Assembly: GCA_027923505.1 (NCBI GenBank)
Contig: BROI01000001.1
Location: 434,001 to 498,000, forward strand
Origin: Mayamaea pseudoterrestris
Lineage: Eukaryota
Reading direction: 5' to 3'
Length of the DNA: 64,000 nucleotides
The position numbers and the translations under genes are program-made. Each line of letters starts with the position of its first letter. The first letter of the stretch is position 1. Shown in pieces: positions 11,234 to 21,675 of the stretch. The notes under the pieces are model-generated. The model ran no database searches. It worked only from the letters and a program-made list of their open reading frames with translations, and was not told where the DNA came from.

Positions 11234-12808
11234 CTAGCCAAATGTAAAACCCATTCCCAGCTGGAATTGCCTCGTCACATCTCTTGGTCCACTTCGAATC
11301 GGCAATGCGTACGTCAGTTCAAGACGAGGCCCAAACAAGCATGTCGACAAGCCGACACCGACGGATGCTCTTGTACTTGTCAAGACTTGCAACGGGTTTA
11401 GCTGATGAACGCTCCCAACGCACGTGCCCACGTTGCAGAAACCAAACAATCTTGCATTTATCCTTGCTAGTGCTGGATTCAAAACACTCGCCATGAGAGA
11501 TGCCGTATAGTAAAAGTCTCCACCCAGCGCATCACCCGGACCTTGTGCAAGAGTCTTGGCACGTGGTCCAATCCCAGACGGCGAAAAGCCACGCAGCTGC
11601 ATTGGTCCACCCACAAAGAAGCGATCCGAAATAGTGGCTGGTCGCGTCAAGCCGCCGAAATTGAGGTTATGAAGATAACCAGCACTACATGATGCATGTA
11701 AACATAGTGCGTCGCCAATGACTGGTTTATGAACGGAAGCGCTTGCAGTCGCCTTGACGAAACCAACGTCACCAGGAGGCAAGGCGATTTCAGTATTGAC
11801 ATTATACTGCAACCCATCCGTTGGCTGCGTTGGATGGTCTGTTAGCCGACAAGCCCAGTCCCATGTAAGTGAATTCTTGACGGACGGCCGAGCTTGCGAA
11901 ACAACTTCGGGTGATGCATCAAAGGCGAATGGAAGCGTGGCATGTCGACGAGGAATCAAGTCGCGATGAATGAGCGACCAAGACAAGGTTGACTGATACG
12001 GCTGACTCGGGTCGTTAGGATTGGCGCTTGACGACGCTCGCAGCTTAAAGTAGCGTTGAAATTCTTGGTAGCTGCGCGTGGATTGAAAGTCTAGTGTTTC
12101 AATCTGTCCCATGGCTGTAAAGTCATACTGACTTCCCCTCGCGGATTGCTCCAGCAGCACGTCACCCAATCCAAAAGGCAGCGCCGAATAGAGCGGCCTC
12201 GAATGCACCAAGCTATATGTTGGTATATTATGCGTATCTAGTGTATACTGTAGTTTGGTTGTGTCGCAAACGCCCGAAAGATTGCGCAGACCGACGGAAA
12301 CTTCGGCGTGCGGAATAAAGGCATCAGCGTCGGCTGCCATGAGCCCCGTCTGACTGCCGCGCAAGCCGCCACCTGCTTTGATGGTATACCAATTGGCTTC
12401 GTCGAGTTTGACATGGAGCAATCGAGCATTACTTTCTTGCTGGTTTGCATTGCTAGCAGCATTGCTTGACTCTTGCTTGCTTCCAACTTGCACCTGCACT
12501 GCATTATAGCATCCGGTCGCTTGCAGTTGCTCGACGAAGCGAGACGTCGCCTCCAGACTCTCTTGGACTGTCACCGGTATACCATATAAAACTCCTGCTT
12601 CCAGAAGTCGATGTTGAATGAATTCTGCATCGGTGCGTTTATTGCTGCTTTCAATGCGAGCAGGAAAATCCAACAGAATCTCGTAGTTTGCGGCGAATTT
12701 CTGGACTTGGATTTCGGTTTGAAGTTGCGCTTGCTCCTGTTGGAGCGCCGCCAGTCGTTCCTGTCGTTGCTGAAGCGTAGACTGTGCATTTGAGCCTGGA
12801 TTTAACAT
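11234..12808 (-). CDS. SAM50: Mitochondrial outer-membrane Omp85-family protein Sam50
   Basis: DRFFVGGPMQLRGF, GIGPR, DALGGDFY, RLELTYALP, and C-terminal beta-signal FQLGMGFTFG. Likely start MLNPG at 12808. Confidence 0.9.
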   Translation of the reverse strand: MLNPGSNAQSTLQQRQERLAALQQEQAQLQTEIQVQKFAANYEILLDFPARIESSNKRTDAEFIQHRLLEAGVLYGIPVTVQESLEATSRFVEQLQATGCYNAVQVQVGSKQESSNAASNANQQESNARLLHVKLDEANWYTIKAGGGLRGSQTGLMAADADAFIPHAEVSVGLRNLSGVCDTTKLQYTLDTHNIPTYSLVHSRPLYSALPFGLGDVLLEQSARGSQYDFTAMGQIETLDFQSTRSYQEFQRYFKLRASSSANPNDPSQPYQSTLSWSLIHRDLIPRRHATLPFAFDASPEVVSQARPSVKNSLTWDWACRLTDHPTQPTDGLQYNVNTEIALPPGDVGFVKATASASVHKPVIGDALCLHASCSAGYLHNLNFGGLTRPATISDRFFVGGPMQLRGFSPSGIGPRAKTLAQGPGDALGGDFYYTASLMASVLNPALARINARLFGFCNVGTCVGSVHQLNPLQVLTSTRASVGVGLSTCLFGPRLELTYALPIRSGPRDVTRQFQLGMGFTFG

Positions 12809-13389
12809 GATGATGGGTTTGTTCAAGGGTTCATTTCCGATGCAAAATGTGAAGGGGAAATCGACGGTCCGGGCAGCATCGCAGCGACTGACTTTACCCT
12901 CGTACCGGTACTCGACTGTCCATTCAATAAGATAGCAAGAGAATGGATATAGTAGCGTTTGGACTCGGTTTCGAGACTTACCATGCATGATCAGATTGAC
13001 ACTCACCCCTGGGGCATGATCTGATTTGTCAAAGACAGCGTTTTAGCGAACCTTCGATAGCGCTGACCCTTTTATCGTCGAGCGGAAGAGATCTTTCCTG
13101 TACTGGTTAAAGACATTGCAACTACTACTATAGACAGTCCGAAACTTACAAGTAATTTGCCTAGTGATTGTTATCTTGTCAGCCGATTAGGCAGCTCTGA
13201 ACGGAGTCAGAGACTACACATGGTCTCTCGTGATCGAAGCTCATTCGAAGCCCACATTCATCGACAATGTTACATTTCTACCGTAGAAGCAGATCCTACA
13301 TATTGCTTACTCTGAGTGTATGAACAAACAAAATGATGTACAGTTATGCGAATTTGCTTACATATACATGAAAAATCATGCTTGGCATT

Positions 13390-13908
13390 TTACACCACTC
13401 GCTGTTCGATGTCAAGCAGCTTGGTAGTCGTCAAGCCAAGAGCAGCAAGCACAGCTGCTGTCAGCAGCAGATAAGGCACCAGCCTGCTCCAATACTTGTT
13501 TGCAGCATATTTCTCTCGATAGTCGTAATGAATGCGTCCCTTTTCTTGCAACAAGGTTATCGCCTCGTTCCAATTTGGAATGTCGTTTGTTTCGTAGCCG
13601 TACGTTTGCCCAAAGATTCCAATCTTCCGGCTCTGACGTATGGCCTTGATGTGTGCACCCGACCGCAGAAACTCCACCATGCTTTCGCGCGACTCCCAAA
13701 CGGTGAGCGTGTAGTAAAAGCTGCGGCAGGCAGTCGTGCCAGTGGATACGTTGCCAGGGGTTTTCTTCGCTTGCGGAACGCATGGAAACGAGTACCAAGC
13801 AAATTTGTGAAAATTGAAGAATGGAACCTGCATGCTGGTGACGGAAATGTAATACTTGAAAGCGTTTGACGCTTCCGCAGTAGACGCGCTTGTCAATGCG
13901 ACTGCCAT
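13390..13908 (-). CDS. DUF3291/ABM-like (dimeric alpha-beta barrel) protein with C-terminal membrane anchor
   Basis: QAKKTPGNV...TLTVWESRESMVEFLRSGAHIKAI...IPNWNEA pattern; hydrophobic tail LVPYLLLTAAVLAALGL. Confidence 0.7.
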   Translation of the reverse strand: MAVALTSASTAEASNAFKYYISVTSMQVPFFNFHKFAWYSFPCVPQAKKTPGNVSTGTTACRSFYYTLTVWESRESMVEFLRSGAHIKAIRQSRKIGIFGQTYGYETNDIPNWNEAITLLQEKGRIHYDYREKYAANKYWSRLVPYLLLTAAVLAALGLTTTKLLDIEQRVV

Positions 13909-13936
13909 GATGATTGAGCGAAAAATGATGGACGGC

Positions 13937-14298
13937 GTCGTGCTTCGCTACAAAATGACGCTCGCTTCTGGCTTCCACTCAGTGCACAATGGATGCTTGA
14001 AGACTCTGCAAGTAAGCTTGGCTTTTAAATGTTCGTTCCCTTTTACCAAAAATACACTCTTTGGGAACAGCTCTATGGATTCAAAGTCAAAAGCCACGCG
14101 TCGCACGGACCTGGTCAACCAGATGCAAATTGATGGCTCGGCTCGGAACATCGTGGAACCGAAGGCATTCTTGGCTCCGCCGCAATGACCCGCGACTCGC
14201 GCCGGGCCGTTTTCATTGGCAAAATTCGGTCGTGTAAACAGCTTTCATTCTCCGTGGGTCGTAGTATCTTGACTCGCTGGTGAAAAAGGATGTCAGCG
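13937..14298 (+). repeat. Copy 1 of ~350-bp diverged non-coding direct repeat (copy 2 at 15352-15692)
   Basis: Colinear matches such as cacaatggatgctt, tacactctttgggaac, atcgtggaacc and tatcttgactcgctggtgaaaa; 57-bp core 14179-14235. Confidence 0.9.
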
Positions 14299-14779
14299 TG
14301 TGCTATCTGACACGATTCACATGCACCGGCCCAGCCTCAACGGCGAGCCGGACAGTCAACGGACACGCCCGTCGGGTATTAGCGAAGATGGGCGATCCTG
14401 TTGCGACATCTGCGATCCTCGCTCTTTTAAAGCGATGGCTCGCCATGGAGGCAATCTTCAATTGCAGTCTTTTAAAATACCATCATAATTTCCATTTACA
14501 TATCATCCTACGATAGGTACTTCACTTTGAATTCAAAATAGACAACTGTCTATCGAAAACGGAAACGAAACAACATGTTGATTAGAGGAGTCGACGTCAA
14601 GATCCCTTTGGTGCCTCGCGTCAAGTTTGAGTCGCTACCGAAACAAGATCTCACGTTCACCAAGCAAGATGGATCCAAGCACAAGCGCAAGATACAGATT
14701 GCTAGTGATGAGCGTCGTGACAGTCCTTCGTGTCATCGACGGTGATTGCGCAATGGAGCAATGCCAGCTTCGCTTGGAG

Positions 14780-15351
14780 GAGAGCGAAGTTGTGGGAGTT
14801 CATGATGTGCTACCGCAGTTGCTGTGGACAGGATATTTTCTGAAGGCGCAAGGTTTCGGGGTCAAAGACACGAAATTGTATCAAGACAATATGAGTTCAA
14901 TGCTGTTGGAAAAGAATGGCAGAAGCTCAAGTACAAAGCGCACGCGACACATGAATGTTCGGTACTTCTTTGTGAAAGATCGCGTGGCAGCTGGTGAAGT
15001 CAACATTGAGCATTGTCCGACCGGAGACATGGTCGCGGATTTCTTCACGAAACCATTGCAGGGAGCCCAGTTTGGCAAGCTCCGCAACCTGGTTATGAAT
15101 CTGGCCTCGAGCAGTAAGTACTACTCGGCCCAAAGGAGTGTGTTGAGCATGGATGAGAACCCAAACCGAAGCGGCAGCGGTGACGTCACGAAGACGGTCA
15201 CATTTAAGTAAGCGCGGTAAGCGGCAACCGAAGGAGTGGATCGAGGACGATCACTTCTTGGAGAAAATAAGTAAAGTGGTTTTATTGACTCTGTTCTGCT
15301 TAATCATTAGTGTCGCTTCAAGGGCGCGCAAGATATATTCTAGATCCAACA
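14780..15351 (+). mobile_element. 5'-truncated Ty1/copia (CoDi-like) LTR retrotransposon remnant: RNase H C-terminus, PPT and 3' LTR
   Basis: ESEVVGV...LYQDNMSSMLLEKNG...KRTRHMNVRYFFVKD...CPTGDMVADFFTKPLQG...RSVL. Purine tract aaaggagtg at 15132-15140 is followed directly by TGTTG. Confidence 0.92.
15141..15351 (+). repeat. Putative 3' LTR (211 bp, TGTTG...CAACA)
   Basis: Begins with TGTTG right after the PPT and ends with CAACA at 15351. Confidence 0.75.
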
Positions 15352-15692
15352 GTCGCGCTTCGCTACTCTATGACGCTCGGTTCTCGGTTCTCGCTTTCAC
15401 TCAGCGCACAATGGATGCTTAAAGACGCTGCAAGCGACCTCGAATCCTTTTCCTTTGACCAAAAGTACACTCTTTGGGAACTGATCGATGGATTCAATGT
15501 CAAAAAACACGCGTTGCACTTGGTGAACCGCAGAGGCAAACTGATGGTTTGGCTCGGAATATCGTGGAACCAAAGGCATTCTTGGCTTTGCCGCAATGAC
15601 CCGAGACTCGCGCCGGGCCGTTTTCATTGGCAAAATTCGGTCGTGTGAAATAGCGGCCGTATCTTGACTCGCTGGTGAAAAGGATGTCAGCG
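15352..15692 (+). repeat. Copy 2 of ~350-bp direct repeat; upstream region of acidic protein 1
   Basis: Core 15590-15646 matches 14179-14235 at 56 of 57 nt; starts exactly after the LTR end. Confidence 0.9.
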
Positions 15693-15755
15693 CTTTCCAC
15701 AACTCTCACATCGTCAAACGGAAGCAGCATCTTTTTGCCAATTTACAGCAACGAC

Positions 15756-16391
15756 ATGAAGACCCTTTCCTTGCTCCTTCTCTCAGTGCTCCTCCTGACC
15801 CAATGGGTTCAGGGGTCATTGGATGTTCCAGAGGACGAATTGGATGTCGAGGTCGAGCCAATGGAGGAGGAAGGCAACGAGGAATTTACGTATCACGAGC
15901 TCGCGGAGGAGGATGCCGAGGAAGGTTTCGATGGCTACCAAGACGAAGAAGAGTATGACTGGAGTCGGGATGAGGAAGAGCGTGAAGAATTTGATTTTGA
16001 GCCCGAAGAGTATGACGACGACGATGGCGAGCCGGAAGACGAAGACGTCGAAGGAGGTGAGCAGGGCGTCGTCTAAATCTTGTGCTACTTTAGACCGACG
16101 GTACGGAAGCTTATACTGATATTTTTATACTGCTTTAGATGACATGGTCGAGGCTGACGGCGATGGCGACGAGGAATGTAAGTCTCAGGATCACGTGTGC
16201 CATGTGCCATGAGCCAAGTGCCAAGAAATACTTCTATGTCCGATGAAGCTGCAAAATTTTAAAAGCCTGTCACAATATGACATCACTTGTCTCAACCACG
16301 CTTGCCTTTTCTATTCACAGTTGACGATGACGACGTTGCATACGAATCGGAGGATGAGGAGGGACCTGACGTCGGCTTGGAAGTCGAGTAA
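15756..16391 (+). CDS. Secreted highly acidic (D/E-rich) protein 1; 3 exons
   Basis: Signal peptide MKTLSLLLLSVLLLTQWVQG. Exons 15756-16056, 16139-16177 (39 nt) and 16321-16391; phase-1 GT-AG introns keep the acidic frame to TAA. Confidence 0.8.
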
Positions 16392-16699
16392 ATATGTGCA
16401 TTCTTGCATCACTACTGGTACTACTACACAGATCTAAGTTAGCCTTGATACATCTTGATATAATTTATTTTAACCGCTTTGTTTAGGGTAGCATATTGTT
16501 GGGCTACTCTCTTGAGGCAGGGACGCTTCCGTTAGCAACGAGCAAGTAGGAAAGCGTTTGGAACTTTGCAAGATTCATCCCAAATTATGCCCTCCATGAA
16601 TGACCAAACAAAATGACCGGCCGATGTTGCCGCCGTTATTCACGTCTCGTCGTCCATTGACAAAAGAGACTTTGTCCCTTGCATCCTATCAAAGTAATC

Positions 16700-17200
16700 A
16701 TGAAATTCTTTACTTCACTTTTACTGTTGAGCCTTCTTCTTACGCAATGGGTGGAAGTCGCCGTGGCGAACGAAAGTGATGCGGCTGCCGCAGCTGAAGG
16801 TGCAGATGGAGCAATCGCCGAAGATTTCGAGGAAGAGGTTCATGATGAGGAACATGATGGTGAATTTGACGAGGAACACGATGGAGAGTTCGACGAAGAA
16901 GAGCATGATGGAGAGTTCGACGAAGAAGAGCACGACGGAGAGTTTGATGAAGAAGAGCATGATGAGGAATGGGATGGAGGTACGTATGGAATATGGAATG
17001 GAAAAGCATGCTGGTCGTCTCAATGGCTCAGCGACTGGCTCATCTAAATACTCTATTATACGATCACAGACGAGGAAGAGTTTGACGAAGGTGAGAAGCT
17101 CATTATGATCTAGCGAAAGAATGGCGTTGGTACATGTTCATTTTTAACAACTGCTTTCTGACTATCGCCAGACGAAGAAGAATACGAGGAGGAGCTTTGA
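16700..17200 (+). CDS. Secreted/ER acidic protein 2 with HDGEFDEE(E) repeats and C-terminal EEEL; 3 exons
   Basis: Signal peptide MKFFTSLLLLSLLLTQWVEVAVA. Exons 16700-16979, 17070-17090 (21 nt) and 17172-17200; ends DEEEYEEEL*. Confidence 0.8.
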
Positions 17201-17874
17201 ACATTCGCAAGTGTGTGAGGTACGTCGCAAGCCATAAAAATGCGCGCGTCATTACATGTTCGGAACATTGACGATACGCCGCATGATTTCATTACATTTG
17301 CAGTATCGTTCACCATGGTTATTTACCCGAGTGTTTGTTCTTGTCTTGTGCAGTGATTTCTCGCATGCGGTCATCAACAATGATTACTTGTTCGGTTGTA
17401 GCGCGTATATACTTGTGCTGGCGAATTTATCATCATAATTGGTTGTAAGGCAATATAAATATTAGTCGATGTTGCCCAAGGATGTGACATAGCTAGGAAA
17501 TGTGTAGCCTCGCGGCGCTGACGCTGCGAGTGCAATACCGGTACACCATCAGTTTCACATCAATACATGAATATAACAATCGGATCGCCACCTGAATGAC
17601 CAGCGTAGCTTAGCTAGCCTGCTAAATGCCATGGTACCGGTACAAGTCAGGAACTGATGCGGATCAACTTCAGAATGTCGGAACGCGAATGAATTTAACG
17701 CAGCACAGCCGCCTTTATACGCGAGATCATAGGTGATCGCCTCCCTCCACCATGAGATCCAACGACTGCACACCAGCTCGAAGCCTTGTCAGTCTTTTTG
17801 CTCGCTCTTATAGATTGATACCTTATAAACCACATTCCGAGCTATAGAAATCTTCAATAAGGAGCATAGTCATC

Positions 17875-18622
17875 ATGTCGCTGGATCCAAAGAAACTAAA
17901 AGGTCCGTCAAAGAACAAAAGATCGCTTCGATTAAAGAATTCGAATGTCCGTTATTCTGCAACAGATTTCGTTATTCACCTTCGCTCCTCGTTTTCTTAA
18001 TTTAGTTGCTGAACTCAAGAAGGAACTTGAGCGGCGTAGCTTGTCATCCGAAGGGCTCAAGGCCGATCTAGTGAATCGCTTGCAGGCCCGCCTTGACGAG
18101 GAGGAGTTTGGCATGGTCGAACCTCCTCCAGAGGAAACGGCCGGTACTACAACCGCATTGGATGGCGACAAGCCGCAAACAACAAAAGATGACGGAGAGG
18201 AAGAGGAAACGACAGCTCCTGCAGCCTCGATCGAATCGCTCGTAACGATTGATAGAAATCCGGCTGCCACATCCACTCCTGCTGCTCCGTCAAAGGACGT
18301 CGATGGTTCTGCTCCATCAGCTCAAGGTTTGTCCTTTGAGGAGCAAAAGAAGAAGAGGGCGGAACGTTTTGGAACTGCCGTCGTCGCGGAAGAACCCAAG
18401 AAACGACCCGGCAACGAGCCTACCACAACAAAGGCGTCGCCAAAGAAGCAAAAGAAGGACGTCGCAGCAGAGTCAAAAGAACCAGAGCTGCTGCCAAAGG
18501 AGGAGATTGAAAAGCGACTCAAGCGAGCAGAAAAGTTTGGCCTTAATAATGAAAATACGGATATGCTGAAGGCCATGCTCCGCAAGTATCGATTCATGGA
18601 AGCCAATCCGGCATCAACGTAG
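17875..18622 (+). CDS. SAP-domain ribonucleoprotein (SARNP/Tho1/CIP29-like); 2 exons
   Basis: MSLDPKKLK|VAELKKELERRSLSSEGLKADLVNRL SAP motif, intron 17903-18005, RAERFG and RAEKFG motifs. Confidence 0.88.
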
Positions 18623-18812
18623 AAAAAACCGGGCGCATACATAGCGATAGTCGATAATGTTAACGAAGCTTTTGGTGCTTCTTATTGTCGTCAAATTGTG
18701 TTAATGATAGGATCGCCGCCTAAGGCGATACTCGTACATATTCAGTCCACGCTTGCGATGGCAACTATGCGTCTGTGCTCGTTGTCAGATCTCAGACTAA
18801 CAATCATGTGCC

Positions 18813-20642
18813 TCATCCATTTCGAATCAAACTCCTTCGGGCGATACTGTTTCGACTTTGCATAGGGTCTGCACCAATAGCATCCGATCGCCATCTGGTA
18901 CTGTAATAAGGAAAACAATCGGTCTCGACACCACGAAAGTAGCACTCAAGTGGTAGGAATATGCTTCCAATCACCAAAACATTGACGCGGTTTAAACAAT
19001 GCAAAGGTATGGGTGTCAACACATATAGGACTCGTTTAGTGCGATCAATGGAGCGAACAATGCCTAGCCCAAAACATGGCAAAAGACTAGCTGGTAGCGG
19101 CTCGGGTATTGCAGAGCTTCCGTCACCCTGCTCCGTTGATTCCTGTGCAACGTGATCTCGTCGACAAAGCCCAACCACTGAGCCGTTGATGATATCAAGC
19201 AAACTTTCAATACTCGTGAAATCACGACGAAGATCCGGATTGGCAAACTCCAGCTGAAGGCAATCCAACGGTACTTTATAGGGGCGCCGAGCCGCAAATT
19301 CTCGTCCAATCTCGCACGTTGGATCGTCAATGCCATCGTGCGATAGTCCGATCTCGTCCCATAGTCCCTCGTCGTGCATAAAGTATGAAATAAGTCGCTG
19401 TGAACGATAGAGGGCTGCAGAGATGGATAATGGAGCGGGCGTTTGAAACGGCCGAGTCGTATGGTGGTTTCCAATCGTCGGCTCGTTTACTTCCAATAGA
19501 GCCCCTGGCGCATCGTTTGCCGCCGGAGCAGATGGCGACCCATTCACTGCCATTTCCGGTGCGTCAACTGAGACGGCAGGTACACGTTGCAGAATCGAGT
19601 CCACTGTCAAAATTATACATGCACTCTCATCCAGCGCGCCGACTTCAAATTGTTGCGAACGCAAGCTTCCCACTACTTTGACGACAAAGGTTGGCTCCAG
19701 CTTTTGCAAAAGTGTCTCCAGTAACTTTTCCCCGAGACCCTTGACGTATCCATCGCAGTTGATAAAGAGCGGTATGATTCCATTATATTTTGTATTGCTT
19801 GTTGTCGATAACAGTTGCACATAATCGTTCAATGCCTTTTCCACGCATTCCATGTAACGATGTGGATCCTCTTCCGACGTGACTGCTCCAAAGTAGTAGG
19901 CAGACTGGTATTGAAACTTTCGGTATATTCGCGTCGATGGCGGCTGCAGCAGCGGTTCACTGATGAGGGTCAGTGAAACCATTCCAGGTGGCGTCAGTTC
20001 CGGCTGACCCAAGTCCAAATCCAGTAAAGCAACTTGCGCACAGTACGACAAAGCCTGATTCATCAAGAGACGAAGAAAAGTGGACTTTCCTACTCCCTTG
20101 GCTCCCGTGACGGCGACGCGAAAGGATGCTGCGTTTTCGTTGCCTTCCAGCGTTGGCTGAAAGAATGCAGGAAGCTGCGCCTGCTTGGAATGTGCCAGTT
20201 GCTGAACGGTAAGGTCTTGCAGAATTCCTTCCATTGCAGATTGCCATGCGGTTGAGATTGTCGTTGGTCTTGACCCAGCCTCACGAGAATTGTGTACTGA
20301 AAACGATGGTTCTTCGGCGTCTGGCGAAAGTGACTTAATTTCGATGATACTCGATGGCGTCAAGCCGGATATTGTCGCCCAGGAACTCCAAGATGGACTG
20401 TCAAAGTAAACAAACTCTTTCGTCAGCGAGTAACCGTTCAAAGTAAGGGATTCGCCTGACTCTGAGCATCGAATGCGTCCTCGTCCAATCAAGCACAGCG
20501 CATCCGTGTGACGGCTGGAGAGAATGAAATGATTTGGCCGACTAACATTGGGAGCTTGCAAGTTCCACAAATAGTCGACGGATGCAGCAATAGCTCCTTC
20601 GATACCATCCTCATCGTCGCGTGATCTCTTCCTATCGGACAT
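18813..20642 (-). CDS. NOL9: Polynucleotide 5'-hydroxyl kinase NOL9/Grc3 (Clp1 family)
   Basis: Walker A GAKGVGKST, DLDLGQPELTPPG, INCDGYVKGLG, CFGLGIVRSID...LYVLTP. Likely start MSDRKRSR. Confidence 0.88.
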   Translation of the reverse strand: MSDRKRSRDDEDGIEGAIAASVDYLWNLQAPNVSRPNHFILSSRHTDALCLIGRGRIRCSESGESLTLNGYSLTKEFVYFDSPSWSSWATISGLTPSSIIEIKSLSPDAEEPSFSVHNSREAGSRPTTISTAWQSAMEGILQDLTVQQLAHSKQAQLPAFFQPTLEGNENAASFRVAVTGAKGVGKSTFLRLLMNQALSYCAQVALLDLDLGQPELTPPGMVSLTLISEPLLQPPSTRIYRKFQYQSAYYFGAVTSEEDPHRYMECVEKALNDYVQLLSTTSNTKYNGIIPLFINCDGYVKGLGEKLLETLLQKLEPTFVVKVVGSLRSQQFEVGALDESACIILTVDSILQRVPAVSVDAPEMAVNGSPSAPAANDAPGALLEVNEPTIGNHHTTRPFQTPAPLSISAALYRSQRLISYFMHDEGLWDEIGLSHDGIDDPTCEIGREFAARRPYKVPLDCLQLEFANPDLRRDFTSIESLLDIINGSVVGLCRRDHVAQESTEQGDGSSAIPEPLPASLLPCFGLGIVRSIDRTKRVLYVLTPIPLHCLNRVNVLVIGSIFLPLECYFRGVETDCFPYYSTRWRSDAIGADPMQSRNSIARRSLIRNG

Positions 20643-21589
20643 GGCCGAATATATATTGGAAAGACGAGAGTTCTCGAGCGATGGCTTGTGATGGTTGTCG
20701 CCGAGACGAAGCAACGCTTAACGTCGTAGCGGCATTTAAGAAGTGTCAATGTCGCATCGATTCCCGCGCTCTGATGCTCCACAAATCGAGCATCCAAGGT
20801 AGTATATGCGCTTATCATTGAGTGATTCGGTTGGTAGAGGCAACATACAACTACTCGCTTGATTTTGAGTTCGCAAAATATTGCCAGGAATCAGTCGGTA
20901 GTCTGTACGACCAACGGCCAAGTGCAGCTACTCGGCCAGGCATGGCTCTTTCTGTCGACGATGATTGGCGTCAGGATGACGCAGGATACTGTGACCCTCG
21001 TGATAATGTCATGTCAGTGAGTGTAATAAGCTTTTGCGAGGCTATGACGCTTGTCCCGGCCCAGGGCCAATGTCAACCTTGTGCACGCCAACTTTATCGC
21101 GAGCGCGGAACTTTCCACGGGCCATATACCATGAGTCGTCAACCTATTCTTTGTCATTTGTATAGAAGGAAATAGAGCCTTTCATCAACCTCAGCTAGCA
21201 GTACTCGCATTGACTCGGCTCCTTCTTCGCTGTTTATTTGATTCTTTTGCACATCATGAGCCGAACTCGGAATAAAGGCAATTCTAATAGTTTGTTCTTC
21301 ACGGAGTACTTATGTTAATGTTGCGCGTGTTGGGTGTCGCGTGACAAGCTTGCGCAAGCGCACGACCCCTATCCAACGTATATAAACTCGTCAAAGCCAT
21401 TCATTTTGACAAGAAAATATCAACGTGACGCTCTTAGCGTCAGATGAGATGCTCGTGCTTGCACGCGCACATTACGTGCTTCCTTGGCACGCAGATATCC
21501 CGCGAAACCTCCGGTCGATCCACCCATCACCATTGCTCAAATCTCGTAACTGATCGTCGATAAAGGTGCAAAGCAATACAGAGCTTGAG

Positions 21590-21671
21590 GTAAGCATTTT
21601 CTTGATGAGTCTCTGCGTTTCGTGGCTTGTGTGGTCTCGCTAACGCTCCCTCAAACACCTCAAACACACAG
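21590..21671 (+). other. Putative 5'-UTR intron of the ferric reductase gene
   Basis: GAG|GTAAGC donor, GCTAAC branch-like motif, and CAG acceptor 4 nt before the ATG at 21676. Confidence 0.65.
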
Positions 21672-21675
21672 AACC

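Noticed and set aside
12809..13006. N-terminal extension of SAM50 (and similar extensions on NOL9, NACA, the nucleotidase and the AKRs)
   Set aside because: The extensions use non-ATG starts, read through introns or look non-coding; better ATGs exist.
14627..15211. 194-aa ORF as a functional gene
   Set aside because: It has a non-ATG start, an unrelated N-terminal third, only a partial RNase H, and a stop inside the LTR; it is a TE remnant.
13937..15692. The ~350-bp direct repeats as the two LTRs of the copia element
   Set aside because: They lack TG...CA ends, and the PPT-adjacent TGTTG...CAACA segment (15141-15351) is a separate sequence.
16845..16970. CRISPR-like or non-coding repeat array
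   Set aside because: The units are 24-27 nt in-frame coding repeats with no unique spacers, in a eukaryotic context with no cas genes.
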